Below are positions 38,608-49,257 of a DNA stretch of 64,000 bases, one piece after another. The position numbers and the translations under genes were made by a program. Below the pieces are notes generated by a model. The model was not told the DNA's origin. It worked only from the letters and a program-made list of their open reading frames with translations, and made no database searches. The stretch lies in NCBI GenBank assembly GCA_965205265.1, contig CBDBGH010000003.1:896001-960000 (forward strand). The letters are read 5' to 3'. Source of the stretch: Alphaproteobacteria bacterium. GTDB lineage: Bacteria; Pseudomonadota; Alphaproteobacteria; Bin95. The number at the start of each line of letters is the position of its first letter. The stretch's first letter is position 1.

Positions 38608-39519
38608 ATGGGCGCATTTCTCGAAGTGGCGCTGCCGGCGTTCCTGCTGGTCTTTGCCGGCGCGGCGGCGGCGCGGGCCGGCTGGATCGACGAGGCGGGC
38701 GGCAAGGGGCTGAACGGTTTCGTCTATTACCTCGCCATGCCGGCCGCGCTGTTCCGGGCGGCGTCGGAGGGCGCGCTGCTCCAGGGCTTCGACTGGCGGC
38801 TTGTCGCGGCCTATTTCGGGCCGACGCTGGTGCTGCTGGCGGCGGTCGAGGCGTTCGGCCGCCGCGCCCCGGTCGAGGAACGCGCGCTCACCGGCATGGG
38901 AGCCTGCTTCTCGAACAATATCTTTCTCGGCATGCCGGTGATCGTGGCGCATATGGGCGGAGCGGCAGCCGGCCCGATGACGGCGATCATCGCCTTGACC
39001 ACGGTGCTGTTCATCGGCCTGCCCGTGTTGCGGATCGAGACGGCGAGAGGCAGGCGGGGCGCCGCCGCGGCCGCGCTCGGGCGCGTGGCCGCCAACCCGC
39101 TTCTGGTCGCGATTGCGCTCGGCACGCTTTGGGCGCTTCTGTCCTGGCGCCTGCCGGGACCTGCCGCCGCGGCGGTGGACCTGCTGGCGGCGGCCTCTTC
39201 TCCGGCGGCCCTTGCCGGCCTCGGCGCGGCGCTCGCCGCCCACCGCATCGCCGGCGACCTACGCGACAGCACGGCGTTGTGCGGGTTCAAGCTCATCGCG
39301 CATCCCGTCATGGTGTGGCTGGTCGCGGGTGCGGTCGGGCTCGGTCCGTTCGAGACGGCTGTCGCCGTGCTGGCGGCGGCAATGCCGGTCGGGGCCAATG
39401 TGTTCGTGCTGGCGCAGCACTACGGCATTTACGAGCGCCGCGCCTCTGCGGCGGTCGTGCTTTCGACGCTCGCCGCCATGCCGCTTTCCGCCCTGCTGAT
39501 GACCGTCTTCCGCCCGTGA
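38608..39519 (+). CDS. AEC family transporter
   Basis: multi-TM; FV...A.PA.LF, N...GMP, K L..HP, MP.G.N. Confidence 0.88.
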   Translation: MGAFLEVALPAFLLVFAGAAAARAGWIDEAGGKGLNGFVYYLAMPAALFRAASEGALLQGFDWRLVAAYFGPTLVLLAAVEAFGRRAPVEERALTGMGACFSNNIFLGMPVIVAHMGGAAAGPMTAIIALTTVLFIGLPVLRIETARGRRGAAAAALGRVAANPLLVAIALGTLWALLSWRLPGPAAAAVDLLAAASSPAALAGLGAALAAHRIAGDLRDSTALCGFKLIAHPVMVWLVAGAVGLGPFETAVAVLAAAMPVGANVFVLAQHYGIYERRASAAVVLSTLAAMPLSALLMTVFRP

Positions 39520-39526
39520 ACGGCTT

Positions 39527-39895
39527 TCAGCCGTCCCGTTCGAACATGCCGAGCTTGAGGTCGAGGCCGGCGCCGAGCCAGAGCGCGCGGTCGCGGTGGT
39601 CCAGCAGGTCGTCGCCGGCATTGGGATGCACCAGCACGATGAGCCCGTCGCGCTCCAGCGCCAGCCAGGGCACCAGCTCCGCGAAGACACCCGGCTGGAA
39701 GGCGATCTGGAAGCTCCACATCGGATGCGGCCCGACCGGGCGCTCATGGAAGCGCCCGACCGTCACCCTCTCGCCGAATACCTCGCCGACCCGCTGCTTC
39801 AGGTCCCAGGCGCGCGTCTTGGTCGCCTGGTCGAAATAGACATGCGCGTGCCAGCTCTCGATGGCGGCGGCGCTGTCCGGCGCTGTTTCGCTCAT
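39527..39895 (-). CDS. DOPA 4,5-dioxygenase family protein
   Basis: WHAHVYFD, PVGPHP...FQ, LVHPN, DH...A.WLG. Confidence 0.9.
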   Translation of the reverse strand: MSETAPDSAAAIESWHAHVYFDQATKTRAWDLKQRVGEVFGERVTVGRFHERPVGPHPMWSFQIAFQPGVFAELVPWLALERDGLIVLVHPNAGDDLLDHRDRALWLGAGLDLKLGMFERDG

Positions 39896-40812
39896 GCTTT
39901 GCCCAGATAGATGTCCACGATCCGGCCGAGCAGCGCCAGCGCATCCTCGCGCGGGCGCTGGAAGGCGTTGCGGCCGACGATGGAGCCGGTAGCGCCGCCG
40001 TCCCGGAGCTGCCTTATCTCGTTCAGCAGGCCTTCGGTGTCCCGCGCCTCGCCGCCGGAGAAGACGACCATGCGCCGCCCGTTGAAGCAGGACTGCACGA
40101 CATGGGCGGTGCGCGCCGCCAGCGTATCCACCGGGATTTCCCGGTCGCGATAGACCTTCGCCGCCGTGTCAAGTTCCAGCGCCCCCGTCGGCGGCTTCAC
40201 CTTGATGATATGGGCGCCGAGCAGGCAGGCCATATGTGCGGCATAGGCGCAGATATCGACCGCCGTTTCTCCCTCTTTCGAGAGGCCGCCGCCGCGCGGA
40301 TAGCTCCAGACCACGACCGCAAGGCCCGACGCCTTCGCTTCCTCCGCCAGGTCGCGGATTTCCTCCATCATCTCGAACTGGTCGTCGGAACCCGGATAGA
40401 TCGTGAAGCCGATGGCCGAGCAGCCCAGCCGGAGCGCGTCGGCGACGGAGGCCGTCACCGCCTGGTCCTTGAGCCGCGAGAGGCTGTTGGCGCTGTTCAT
40501 CTTCAGGATGGTCGGGATCTGGCCGGCGAAACTGCCGGCGCCGGCCTCGATCATGCCGAGCGGCGCGGCATAGGCGGACAGTCCGGCTTCCAGCGCCAGA
40601 TCGAAATGGTAGTGCGGGTCGTAGGCGGGCGGATTGGGCGCGAAGCTGCGCGCCGGCCCGTGCTCGAAGCCCTGGTCCACGGGCAGGATCACCAGCTTGC
40701 CGGTGCCGCCGAGCCGGCCCTGCATCAGGATGCGGGCGAGGTTCGCCTTGACGCCCGGGTTATCGCTCTCATAGCCGGAGAGGATGGTCCTGACCGTATC
40801 TGTGATGCGCAT
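39892..40812 (-). CDS. fbaB: class I fructose-bisphosphate aldolase (DhnA type)
   Basis: ILPVDQGFEHGP, GFTIYPGS, WSYPRG, IIKVK, GSIVGRN.FQR. Confidence 0.93.
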   Translation of the reverse strand: MRITDTVRTILSGYESDNPGVKANLARILMQGRLGGTGKLVILPVDQGFEHGPARSFAPNPPAYDPHYHFDLALEAGLSAYAAPLGMIEAGAGSFAGQIPTILKMNSANSLSRLKDQAVTASVADALRLGCSAIGFTIYPGSDDQFEMMEEIRDLAEEAKASGLAVVVWSYPRGGGLSKEGETAVDICAYAAHMACLLGAHIIKVKPPTGALELDTAAKVYRDREIPVDTLAARTAHVVQSCFNGRRMVVFSGGEARDTEGLLNEIRQLRDGGATGSIVGRNAFQRPREDALALLGRIVDIYLGKA

Positions 40813-40872
40813 GAAGTCCGCTCCCGGTTCGCTGGCTGGCACGGGCTCGATTACGCCGCCCGCAAGGCGATT

Positions 40873-41538
40873 TCAAGACCTCCGGGCCGGGCGCAGGAAT
40901 GCCATTTCCTGCTCGGCGAGATCGGCCGTACTGCCGGTCCAGGCATAGACCAGAAGCGTCGGCTCCAGCGCGCAGGTGGTGATCTTGTGGTCGAACTCCG
41001 GCGTGTTCAGGATCATCGAGCCGGGCGTATAGACCGCCACGTCGTTCTGCGACATGGCGCCGGAAATGCAGATATAGCTTTCGGTCACGCCTCGATGCGC
41101 ATGGCTGGGGTAGATCGTGCGCGGCGCGAACAGGACGCAGCCGAGCACAAGATCGTCCGCCATCACCGGCCCCATGGGCCCCATGAACTCCGCATAGGCG
41201 TATTTCTCGCCGAGCTTGCCCGGCATGACACGGTAGCCGTAACGCCAGACCAGGTCGGGCGTGACCGTCTCGACGGAGCGCACCAGAGCCCCCGGGCCGA
41301 ACCGCTTGCCGTTGTCGATCGCGCGCCCGAGATGGGCGCAGACCGGCTTGGTCCTCGGCCGCCGCTCGAGCACGAACGGGTTCTGCGCGATGGCCCGGTT
41401 GAGCCGCTGGCGCACCAGCCGGTGATGCGAACGGATCGGCCGGCTGCCGCCCGAGGAGCTGTGGCGATAGACCCAGTAGATTTCGTTGAGCAGGTAACGC
41501 CAGTCGGGGCGGTCGTTGAGCGTGGGCGCGAGCACCAT
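40873..41538 (-). CDS. dddL: DMSP lyase, DddL-like cupin
   Basis: LND.PDW.YLL.E, GGSRPIR.H, KPV.AHLGRA.D, KYAY.E..GP.GP, VLFAP.T.YP.H.H..ESYI, PGS.ILN.P..H.ITT, as recalled from Rhodobacter DddL. Confidence 0.85.
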   Translation of the reverse strand: MVLAPTLNDRPDWRYLLNEIYWVYRHSSSGGSRPIRSHHRLVRQRLNRAIAQNPFVLERRPRTKPVCAHLGRAIDNGKRFGPGALVRSVETVTPDLVWRYGYRVMPGKLGEKYAYAEFMGPMGPVMADDLVLGCVLFAPRTIYPSHAHRGVTESYICISGAMSQNDVAVYTPGSMILNTPEFDHKITTCALEPTLLVYAWTGSTADLAEQEMAFLRPARRS

Positions 41539-41589
41539 GACAGTCGCCCCGTTTGCATTGGCGGGAAGCCGTTCGTCCGGAATATACGC

Positions 41590-41964
41590 TTACTCGCCTC
41601 CGATTGCCTGCTTTCTTGTGACCCGTTGCCCAGAGGCGCGGGCGATCTCCTGCAGGCGCCGGAAGCGCTCGTCGTCGGTTTCGATTGCCGCATCGAGCCC
41701 GTGCCGGAAGGCGGCGAGCGCCAGGCCCGGCCTGTCGGCGCAGTCGAGGCGGCCGCGCAGCGTCTTGTCCGGAAAACGCGCGGCCGCGAGATCGACGAGC
41801 TTGCGGAAGAAGAGCGGCCCGAGCGTCAGCGCGCCGCCGGGCGGGCTCACCAGCAGCACGCGCCCGGCCGGGCATTCCGCCAGCTCGGTCGCGACGGCGT
41901 CGAGCGAGGCCGCGCCCTCGATGACCGCTTCGGCGGCCTTGGTCTTGCGGTCTTCCGGGGCCAT
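41590..41964 (-). CDS. small hypothetical protein
   Basis: L.SPPGGA, LDCADRPGLALAAFRHG; co-oriented with fbaB. Confidence 0.7.
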   Translation of the reverse strand: MAPEDRKTKAAEAVIEGAASLDAVATELAECPAGRVLLVSPPGGALTLGPLFFRKLVDLAAARFPDKTLRGRLDCADRPGLALAAFRHGLDAAIETDDERFRRLQEIARASGQRVTRKQAIGGE

Positions 41965-42000
41965 TATGGCCGCAGAATGGCATGGGGGGCGCTTCAGCGC

Positions 42001-42927
42001 ATGGTCCTGGTCTGCAAAACCGGCGGCGCCGGCGATGACGAGCGGTGGAAGGCGGAGCTGCGCCGGCTGATGCCGGACCTCGAAATCCGCGACTGGCCGG
42101 ATATCGGAGAACCCGCCGAGGCCGAGTTCGTGCTGCTCTTCCACAGCACGCCCGGCCTGTTCGACGGCATGACCGGGCTGCGCGCCGTGCTGTCGGCCGG
42201 CGCGGGTGTGGACGGCTTTGTCGACGACCTGCCGGCGGGCGTGCCGGCCGCGCGGCTGGTCGATCCCTGGATGCAGACCGCAATGGCCGCCTGGGCCGTG
42301 CATGCCGTGCTGCATTTTGCGCGCAACATGCCGGCCTATGCGGCCCAGCAGGCAAGGGGCGTGTGGCGCGAGCGGTTCGAAGCGTATTTCGAGCCGCGCC
42401 GCGTCGGCATTCTCGGCTGCGGCGAGATCGGCCGGCGCACGGGCAGCGCGCTCGCCGATCTGGGCTTTCGCGTCTCGGGCTGGACGCGGACCCCGCGGGA
42501 CCTGGGCGGGCTGGAGAACCTCCACGGCGCGGACGGTCTGGACGCCATGCTCGCCGAAAGCGAGTTCCTCGTCTGCCTGCTGCCGCTGACGCCGGGGACG
42601 GAAGGCCTGCTCGATGCCGGGCGGCTGGCGCGGCTCCCCGAAGGCGCCTTCTTCGTCAATGCGTCGCGCGGCAGGGTCGTCGTGCAGCGGGACCTGCTGG
42701 CGGCGCTGGATTCGGGCCGGATCGGCGGGGCGTGGCTCGATGTCGTCGAGCCCGAACCGCTGCCGCCCGGCGACCCGCTCTGGCGCCATCCCAGGGTCCG
42801 AATCACGCCCCATGTGGCGGGCGTCACCAATCCCGTCACCGGCGCGGCGCTGGTCGCGGAGAACATCCGCCGCGCCCGGGCCGGCGAACCCCTTACCCAT
42901 CCTGTTGACCGTAACCGAGGATATTGA
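42001..42927 (+). CDS. D-2-hydroxyacid dehydrogenase (GhrA-like)
   Basis: GAGVD, GILG.GEIG, LLPLT..T, VNASRG, LDV...EPLP, ITPH.AG. Confidence 0.92.
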   Translation: MVLVCKTGGAGDDERWKAELRRLMPDLEIRDWPDIGEPAEAEFVLLFHSTPGLFDGMTGLRAVLSAGAGVDGFVDDLPAGVPAARLVDPWMQTAMAAWAVHAVLHFARNMPAYAAQQARGVWRERFEAYFEPRRVGILGCGEIGRRTGSALADLGFRVSGWTRTPRDLGGLENLHGADGLDAMLAESEFLVCLLPLTPGTEGLLDAGRLARLPEGAFFVNASRGRVVVQRDLLAALDSGRIGGAWLDVVEPEPLPPGDPLWRHPRVRITPHVAGVTNPVTGAALVAENIRRARAGEPLTHPVDRNRGY

Positions 42928-42932
42928 ACCCC

Positions 42933-43685
42933 ATGGGAAGCCTTCAGGGAAAACGCGCGCTGATTACCGGCGCCGGCACCGGCATCGGCCGGCAACTTGC
43001 GCTCGACCTTGCCGGGGCCGGCGCGGAGGTAGCGATCTGCGGCCGCCGGCGCGGCCCTTTGGACGAGACGGCGCGGCTCGCCGATGGCGGGATCGATGCG
43101 CATACCGCCGACCTGGCCGACCCGGACGAGGCCTTCCGCCTCGCCGACGCGGTCGGGCCGGTCGATATCCTGGTCAACAATGCGGGCTTCTCCTCCGTCG
43201 TGCGCAGCACGCGCTATGTCGGCCCGGAGGAATGGCGCGCGGTCATGGATGTGAACACGCTCGGCCCCGCCATGCTGACCCGCGCGCTGCTGCCGCCCAT
43301 GATCGAGAAGGAGGCGGGCGATGTGGTCACCGTCTCGTCCATGGCCGCGATCTCGCCGAGCATCATGGCCGGCGCGCCGTACAGCGCCGCCAAGGCTGCG
43401 GTCCGCGCCTGGATGGATGTGCTGGCGGCAGAGGTGCAGCGCTACGGAATCCGGTGCATCACGGTGTTTCCGGGCGAGGTCGATACGCCGATCCTGGACC
43501 GCCGCGCCCTGCCGCCGGATGCCGCGGCGCGCGCAACCATGATGATGCCGGAGGACGTGTCCGCGGCCATCGTCATGGCGCTCGCCCTGCCGCGGCGGGC
43601 CACGGTGTCCGAGATCGCCCTGGTCGCCACCGAACCCCGCGACCGGACGGAGGATGTCCGCGCCGCCATGGAGAAAACCGGCTGA
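42933..43685 (+). CDS. SDR oxidoreductase
   Basis: TGAGTGIG, NNAG, YSAAK, FPGEVDTP. Confidence 0.92.
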   Translation: MGSLQGKRALITGAGTGIGRQLALDLAGAGAEVAICGRRRGPLDETARLADGGIDAHTADLADPDEAFRLADAVGPVDILVNNAGFSSVVRSTRYVGPEEWRAVMDVNTLGPAMLTRALLPPMIEKEAGDVVTVSSMAAISPSIMAGAPYSAAKAAVRAWMDVLAAEVQRYGIRCITVFPGEVDTPILDRRALPPDAAARATMMMPEDVSAAIVMALALPRRATVSEIALVATEPRDRTEDVRAAMEKTG

Positions 43686-43896
43686 GCGGCGCCCCGCCCC
43701 CGGCAGACATTTCCCCAAGCGGCCCACTCCAGTCCACCGAATACGCGCGCTGGGTCGAGTGTATCGAAACGAAAGCGACCCGGCAGTCGGGCCGTCGGTC
43801 AGCGGCTGTGCGGTTTGTATGGGGACGACCCCTTAAGCCGCCGGCCGGTCTGTTCCGCGAGCGCGGTGCCCGATCCCGGCTTGCGGACCCGGCCGG

Positions 43897-44457
43897 CTAA
43901 CGGGGCGACCGGCGCGGACGGGGCTTGGGCGGCGGGCCGGGCAGATCGAGGCCGTGCCGGCTGGCCCACACATGGACGTAGTGGCGCGCCTTTCTCTGGC
44001 GATGACCGTGCGGCCGGTCCGGCAGGAGGCGCAGAATGTCTGCGATTTCCCTGTAGGATTTTCCGGCTGAGCGCAGGTCGAAGGCGCGCCGGACCGTTTC
44101 GGCAGGCAGAGCCTTTTCGCTCCGGGCCCGGCCGGCGCATTGTCTGGAGCAGTAGGCGGCCTTTTTGCTGTGAGGCCGGAAGATGGTTCCGCACTGGGCG
44201 CAAGGCCGCGGCGCGGGAGGGTCCTGCCGCCGCCGCTCAAAGACTTCCCCCTGGCCCTCCGCCTTGCTGGCCACCTGCTGAACCCTTTGGGGGGTGACGC
44301 CCACGGTCTCGCCGACCGACTTCAGGGATTGGCCCTGCTCCAGCAGCGCCTTGGCCCGGGGCCACCAGGCCGGCAGGCGTTTCGGCCCGGCCGAACGCCC
44401 CCCTATCGGCCAGCCGCGCAGCGGGCGGTCGAGCGTTTCGAACCAGGGGCGCCTCAC
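43897..44457 (-). CDS. hypothetical HTH-zinc finger-HTH protein
   Basis: [22 protein letters not shown]; CAQCG..F...YCSRQC; [11 protein letters not shown]; GTG overlaps leuB stop. Confidence 0.65.
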   Translation of the reverse strand: MRRPWFETLDRPLRGWPIGGRSAGPKRLPAWWPRAKALLEQGQSLKSVGETVGVTPQRVQQVASKAEGQGEVFERRRQDPPAPRPCAQCGTIFRPHSKKAAYCSRQCAGRARSEKALPAETVRRAFDLRSAGKSYREIADILRLLPDRPHGHRQRKARHYVHVWASRHGLDLPGPPPKPRPRRSPR

Positions 44458-45569
44458 GCCGCGAGCCTGTCGAGTTCGGCGAGCACGGCGTCGCCCATGG
44501 CGGAGCAGGAGACCGGCCGCTGGCCGTCGCCGGCAATGTCGGCAGTGCGCACGCCTGCCGCCAGCACGTTCTCGACCGCGCCGTCCACGAGGTCCGCATC
44601 CTCGCTCATGTCGAAGCTGTAGCGCAGCATCATCGAGAATGATAGCAGTTCGGCGAGCGGATTGGCACTGTCCTCGCCGGCGATGTCGGGCGCGCTGCCA
44701 TGCACCGGCTCGTAGAGCGAGAGCCGCCGGCCGGTCGTCGGGTCTTCGGCGCCGAGCGAGGCCGAGGGCAGCATGCCGAGCGAGCCGGTCAGCATCGCCG
44801 CGCAGTCCGACAACAGGTCGCCGAACAGGTTGTCGGTAACGATCACGTCGAATTGCTTCGGGTTGCGCACGAGCTGCATGGCGCAGTTGTCGGCATACAT
44901 GTGCGAAAGCTCAACATCGGGGAACTCGTCGTCATGGATGCGCTGCACGTCCTCCCGCCACATCTTGCCGCTCTCCATGACATTCGCCTTCTCGACCGAC
45001 ATGACGCGGTTGGAACGCTTGCGGGCGAGCTCGAAGCCGACCCGCGCCACGCGCTCGACCTCGGGCGTCGTATAGACCTGCGTGTTGATGCCGCGCCGCA
45101 CGCCGCCCCCCAGGTCCTCGATGCCGCGCGGCTCGCCGAAATAGATGCCGCCGGTGAGCTCGCGCAGGATCATGATGTCGAGGCCGGAGACGACCTCGCG
45201 CTTCAGCGAGGAGGCGTCCGCGAGCGCATCGAACACGATGGCCGGGCGAAGATTGGCGAACAGGTCCATCTCCTTGCGCAGGCGCAGCAGGCCGCGCTCG
45301 GGCTGGATCTCGAAGGGCAGCGTCTCCCATTTCGGCCCGCCGACCGAGCCGAACAGCACCGCGTCGGAAGCGACCGCGTCGGCGAGCGTCTCGTCGGTGA
45401 GCGGCAGGCCGTGCGCGTCGATGGCGCAGCCGCCGACCAGCCCCTCGGAAATGTCGAAGGAGACATGACGGCGCCGGTCCATCCAGTCCACCACGCGGCG
45501 CACCTGACCCACGACCTCGGGACCGATGCCGTCGCCGGCGAGAATGAGCAGCTTCTTGTTGGCGGGCAT
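44454..45569 (-). CDS. leuB: 3-isopropylmalate dehydrogenase
   Basis: [49 protein letters not shown]. Confidence 0.97.
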   Translation of the reverse strand: MPANKKLLILAGDGIGPEVVGQVRRVVDWMDRRRHVSFDISEGLVGGCAIDAHGLPLTDETLADAVASDAVLFGSVGGPKWETLPFEIQPERGLLRLRKEMDLFANLRPAIVFDALADASSLKREVVSGLDIMILRELTGGIYFGEPRGIEDLGGGVRRGINTQVYTTPEVERVARVGFELARKRSNRVMSVEKANVMESGKMWREDVQRIHDDEFPDVELSHMYADNCAMQLVRNPKQFDVIVTDNLFGDLLSDCAAMLTGSLGMLPSASLGAEDPTTGRRLSLYEPVHGSAPDIAGEDSANPLAELLSFSMMLRYSFDMSEDADLVDGAVENVLAAGVRTADIAGDGQRPVSCSAMGDAVLAELDRLAA

Positions 45570-45636
45570 GTCCGGCCCCTCCTCCTCCGATTCGCCGAAC
45601 ATAGCGCCCGCGCCGCCGCCCCGGAAGCGCCGGGCC

Positions 45637-46611
45637 TCAATGCTCCTTGACGAAGGGCCTTCCCAGAGCGCGGGGCGGAATGGCGCGGCCGAAGAAGCCG
45701 GCGAGCAGCACGACCGTCATCGCGTAGGGCAGCACCGAGACGAGCGCCACGGGCGCCGGGCCGATCAGCGGCAGCTCCATGCCCTGGAACCTGGGCGCGA
45801 CCGTGTCCAGCAGGCCGAACAGCAGGCAGGCGAAGAGCACCGGCAGCGGCCTCCAGCGCCCGAAGATCAGCGCCGCGAGCGCGAGGAAGCCCTTGCCCGC
45901 GCTCATCTCTCGCACGAAGCCCGCGCCGTGGGCGATGGAGAGATAGGCGCCCGCAAGGCCGCAGAGCAGGCCGGCGATGAGGATGCCGCGATAGCGCAGC
46001 GCCGACACCGAAACGCCGGCGCTGTCCACCGCCTCCGGCAGTTCGCCCGCGGCGCGCAGCCTGAGCCCGAAGCGCGTGCGCCAGAGGAACCACCAGACCA
46101 GCAGGACGGACAGGAACGCGGCATAGACCAGCAGGTTGTGGCCGGAGACCAGCTCGGCATAGAGGGGCCCCAGGAGCGGAACCTCACGGAGGCTTTCGGC
46201 AAAGGGCAGGGCGATGGGCGAAAAGCGCTCGCCCGCGCCGAGCGCGGGCGTGTGGCCGCCATGGCGGAAGAGCGCATTCGCCACCACCACGGTCATGCCG
46301 AGGGCGAGGATGTTGACCGCGACGCCGGAGACGATCTGCTCGCCGCGATGGGTGATGCAGGCGAAGCCGTGAACGAGCGCCAGCATAACGGAGGCCGCGA
46401 GCGCGGCGGCAAGCCCGGCCCAGGGCGAGCCTGTGAGCGTGGCGACAGCAGCGGCCGCGAAGGCGCCGGCCAGCAACTTGCCCTCAAGGCCGATATCGAC
46501 GATGCCGGACCGTTCGGAAACGAGCCCCGCCATGGCGCAGAGGATGAGCGGCGCGGCGAGCCGGGCGGTCCCGTCCAGGACCGTCAGCATGTCGATCCAG
46601 ACCTCAGGCAT
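45637..46611 (-). CDS. nucleoside ABC transporter permease
   Basis: SERSG.VDIGLEG, GLRLRA.GE, G.GFLALAA.IFGRWRP. Confidence 0.9.
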   Translation of the reverse strand: MPEVWIDMLTVLDGTARLAAPLILCAMAGLVSERSGIVDIGLEGKLLAGAFAAAAVATLTGSPWAGLAAALAASVMLALVHGFACITHRGEQIVSGVAVNILALGMTVVVANALFRHGGHTPALGAGERFSPIALPFAESLREVPLLGPLYAELVSGHNLLVYAAFLSVLLVWWFLWRTRFGLRLRAAGELPEAVDSAGVSVSALRYRGILIAGLLCGLAGAYLSIAHGAGFVREMSAGKGFLALAALIFGRWRPLPVLFACLLFGLLDTVAPRFQGMELPLIGPAPVALVSVLPYAMTVVLLAGFFGRAIPPRALGRPFVKEH

Positions 46612-47698
46612 GGGCGGCGTTCCGTGCGAGAAGGAGCCGCGCCAGCCAGGGCGTGAACATGTAGGCGAGCGCGCCGGAGAAGAGGATCACCAGCCCCTGG
46701 ATCACGAGCGCCAGCTCGTAGGTGATGGTCTCGAACTCGAAATTGAGCTCCGCCCCGCCCTGGAAGAGCGCGCCGAACAGGAGGCCCGCCGCGAGGATGC
46801 CGAGGGGATGGTTGCGGCCCATGAGCGCCACCGCAATGCCGGTGAAGCCGTAGCCGGCGGAGAAGTTGAGCACCAGCTTGTGCTGGACGCCCAGCACCTC
46901 GTTGAGCGCCATGCAGCCGGCGAGCGCGCCGGAGAGCGCCATGGCGACCACCACCGCGCGGCGGACCGGAATGCCGGCATAGCGCGCCGCCTCTTCGCTG
47001 TGGCCGATGGCGCGCAGCGCATAGCCGAACTTGGTGCGCCAGATCAGCACCCAGACCGCCGCGCAGGCAATCAGCGCGAACAGGAAGGACAGGTTGAGCG
47101 GCGAGCGCGCGGCCTCGAAGCCGAGGGCCCGGACGAGGTCATGGACCGCCGGCAGGCGCACGGCCTCGTCGAACAGCCGCGTCTGCGGCGAGCCCTGGCC
47201 CGGCCGCATCATCGGCCCGGAAAGCAGCCAGACCATCAACCCGGAGGCGAGGAAGTTGAACATGATGGTGGTGATGACGATGTGGCTGCCCCGGTAAGCC
47301 TGCAGCCAGCCCGGCACCACCGCCCAGGCCGCGCCGAACAGCGCCGCGCCGGCAATCGCGACGAGCACGACGAGCCAGCCCGGCAGCACGGCTTCCAGCG
47401 AAAGGCAGGCGAGCGCGACGCCAAGGCCGCCCAGCGTCGCCTGGCCCTCCGCCCCGATATTGAACAGCCGCGCTTGGAAGGCGAGCGCGGCGGCAAGCCC
47501 GGTGAAGACGAAATTAGTCGCGTAGTAGAGCGTGTAGCCGAGCGAACCCGGCCCGAAGGCCCCTTGAAGGAGCACCGCGAAGACTTCCAGCGGGTCCTCG
47601 CCGACCAGCGCGACGACGACTGCCGCCGCCAGCAGCGCAAGCGCCAGGTTGACGAGCGGCAGGACGCCGATGTCGAGCCAGCGCGGCAGGCCGGTCAC
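46604..47698 (-). CDS. nucleoside ABC transporter permease
   Basis: LFNIG.EGQ, VITTIMFN, GF.GIAVALMGRNHP. Confidence 0.9.
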   Translation of the reverse strand: MTGLPRWLDIGVLPLVNLALALLAAAVVVALVGEDPLEVFAVLLQGAFGPGSLGYTLYYATNFVFTGLAAALAFQARLFNIGAEGQATLGGLGVALACLSLEAVLPGWLVVLVAIAGAALFGAAWAVVPGWLQAYRGSHIVITTIMFNFLASGLMVWLLSGPMMRPGQGSPQTRLFDEAVRLPAVHDLVRALGFEAARSPLNLSFLFALIACAAVWVLIWRTKFGYALRAIGHSEEAARYAGIPVRRAVVVAMALSGALAGCMALNEVLGVQHKLVLNFSAGYGFTGIAVALMGRNHPLGILAAGLLFGALFQGGAELNFEFETITYELALVIQGLVILFSGALAYMFTPWLARLLLARNAAHA

Positions 47699-49248
47699 GC
47701 GCCTGTTCCCTCGGAAGCGCCGGTCATCATCAGGCCGAGCTGGCGAGCGGTGGCGCCCTTCGCCGGAACCGTACCGGCCACCCGCCCGGCATTTATCACC
47801 ATGATCCGGTCGGCGAGCGCCAGGATTTCGTCCAGTTCCGTCGAGACCAGCAGGATGGCGGAGCCCCGCTCCTTCAGCGCCATGACCTCGGCATGGATGG
47901 TCTCGATGGTGCCGATATCGACGCCGCGCGTCGGCTGGCCGAGCAGCAGAACGGCGGGCGCCGACTCGAACTCGCGCGCCAGCACGATCTTCTGCTGATT
48001 GCCGCCGGAGAAGCCGGCCGCGGGCCGTCGCGGCTCCGGCGGGCGGATGTCGAAACGCGCAATCAGCGGCTCGGCATGCGCCTGCATCGCCGCCCCGCTC
48101 GTCCAGGGGCCGGGCCCCGCGCTCTCCGGGCGGCCCAGCACGGCGTTTTCCCGGGCTTCGAACGGCAGGACCAGCCCCCGGCGCTGGCGATCCTCCGGCA
48201 CATGGGCGAGGCCGAGCGCGCGCAGCTCGGCCGGCGTTGCCGGGTGGGCCGCGTCGATGCGCCGCCCGGCGAACTCGACATGGCCCTGCTGCACGCCCGC
48301 GAGGCCGGAGAGGACATCGAGCAGTTCCGACTGGCCGTTGCCGGACACGCCCGCCACGGCCAGGATTTCGCCCGCCCGCAATTCCAGCGAGACATCCTGC
48401 AGGCGGAGGGCGCCGCCGGGATGCCTCCAGGTGAGCCCCGCCGCCCGCAGGACGGGCGTCCCGGCTCCGGTCGCGAGCGGGCGCACCGTCCGGCCGACCT
48501 TCCGCCCGACCATGAGTTCGGCAAGCTCGCCCGTCGTCGTCTCTGCCGTGTTGCGGTGGCCCGCCAGGCGGCCGTGGCGCATGACCGAGACCGTGTCGCA
48601 GACGGCCATCACCTCGCGCAGCTTGTGGGTAATCAGCACGACCGTGCCGCCGGCATCGCGGATCGCGCGCAGAATGACGAACAGCCGGTCGGTCTCGTCC
48701 GGGGTCAGCACCCCGGTCGGCTCGTCGAGGATCAGGATGCGGGCGCCCCGGAAGAGCGCTTTCAGGATTTCGACCCGCTGGCGCAGGCCGACCGGCAACT
48801 CGTCGACGAGGGCGTCCGGATCGACCTCCAGCCCGTGCGCCCGGCTCAGGCCCTCCAGCCTTGCGCGGATATCCGCTTCGCCGCTCCGGAGCCGGAAGCT
48901 GCCCTCCGCGCCGAGCATGACGTTTTCCAGCACGGTGAAGGTCGGCACCAGCATGAAGTGCTGATGAACCATGCCGACGCCGAGGCGGATCGCGTCCGCC
49001 GGGCTGCGGAGCGCCGCCGGCCGGCCGTCGATCTCCATGCTGCCCCGGTCGGCCGCATAGAGCCCGTAGACGATAGAGGCGAGCGTGGACTTGCCCGCCC
49101 CGTTCTCGCCGATGATGCCGTGGACCGTGCCGGCCGGTATGTCCAGGTCCACACCGTCATTCGCCAGCACGGCGCCGAAGCGCTTGGTGACGCCGCGCAG
49201 CCGGACGGCCGCGCGATCGGGCTGCCTGGAGCCGCCGTTCTGAGCCAA
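47695..49248 (-). CDS. CUT2 ABC ATP-binding protein (tandem NBD)
   Basis: GENGAGKST, GMVHQHF, DEPTGVLTP, SGGNQQK, QPTRGVD. Confidence 0.93.
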   Translation of the reverse strand: MAQNGGSRQPDRAAVRLRGVTKRFGAVLANDGVDLDIPAGTVHGIIGENGAGKSTLASIVYGLYAADRGSMEIDGRPAALRSPADAIRLGVGMVHQHFMLVPTFTVLENVMLGAEGSFRLRSGEADIRARLEGLSRAHGLEVDPDALVDELPVGLRQRVEILKALFRGARILILDEPTGVLTPDETDRLFVILRAIRDAGGTVVLITHKLREVMAVCDTVSVMRHGRLAGHRNTAETTTGELAELMVGRKVGRTVRPLATGAGTPVLRAAGLTWRHPGGALRLQDVSLELRAGEILAVAGVSGNGQSELLDVLSGLAGVQQGHVEFAGRRIDAAHPATPAELRALGLAHVPEDRQRRGLVLPFEARENAVLGRPESAGPGPWTSGAAMQAHAEPLIARFDIRPPEPRRPAAGFSGGNQQKIVLAREFESAPAVLLLGQPTRGVDIGTIETIHAEVMALKERGSAILLVSTELDEILALADRIMVINAGRVAGTVPAKGATARQLGLMMTGASEGTGA

Positions 49249-49257
49249 GGACGGCCC

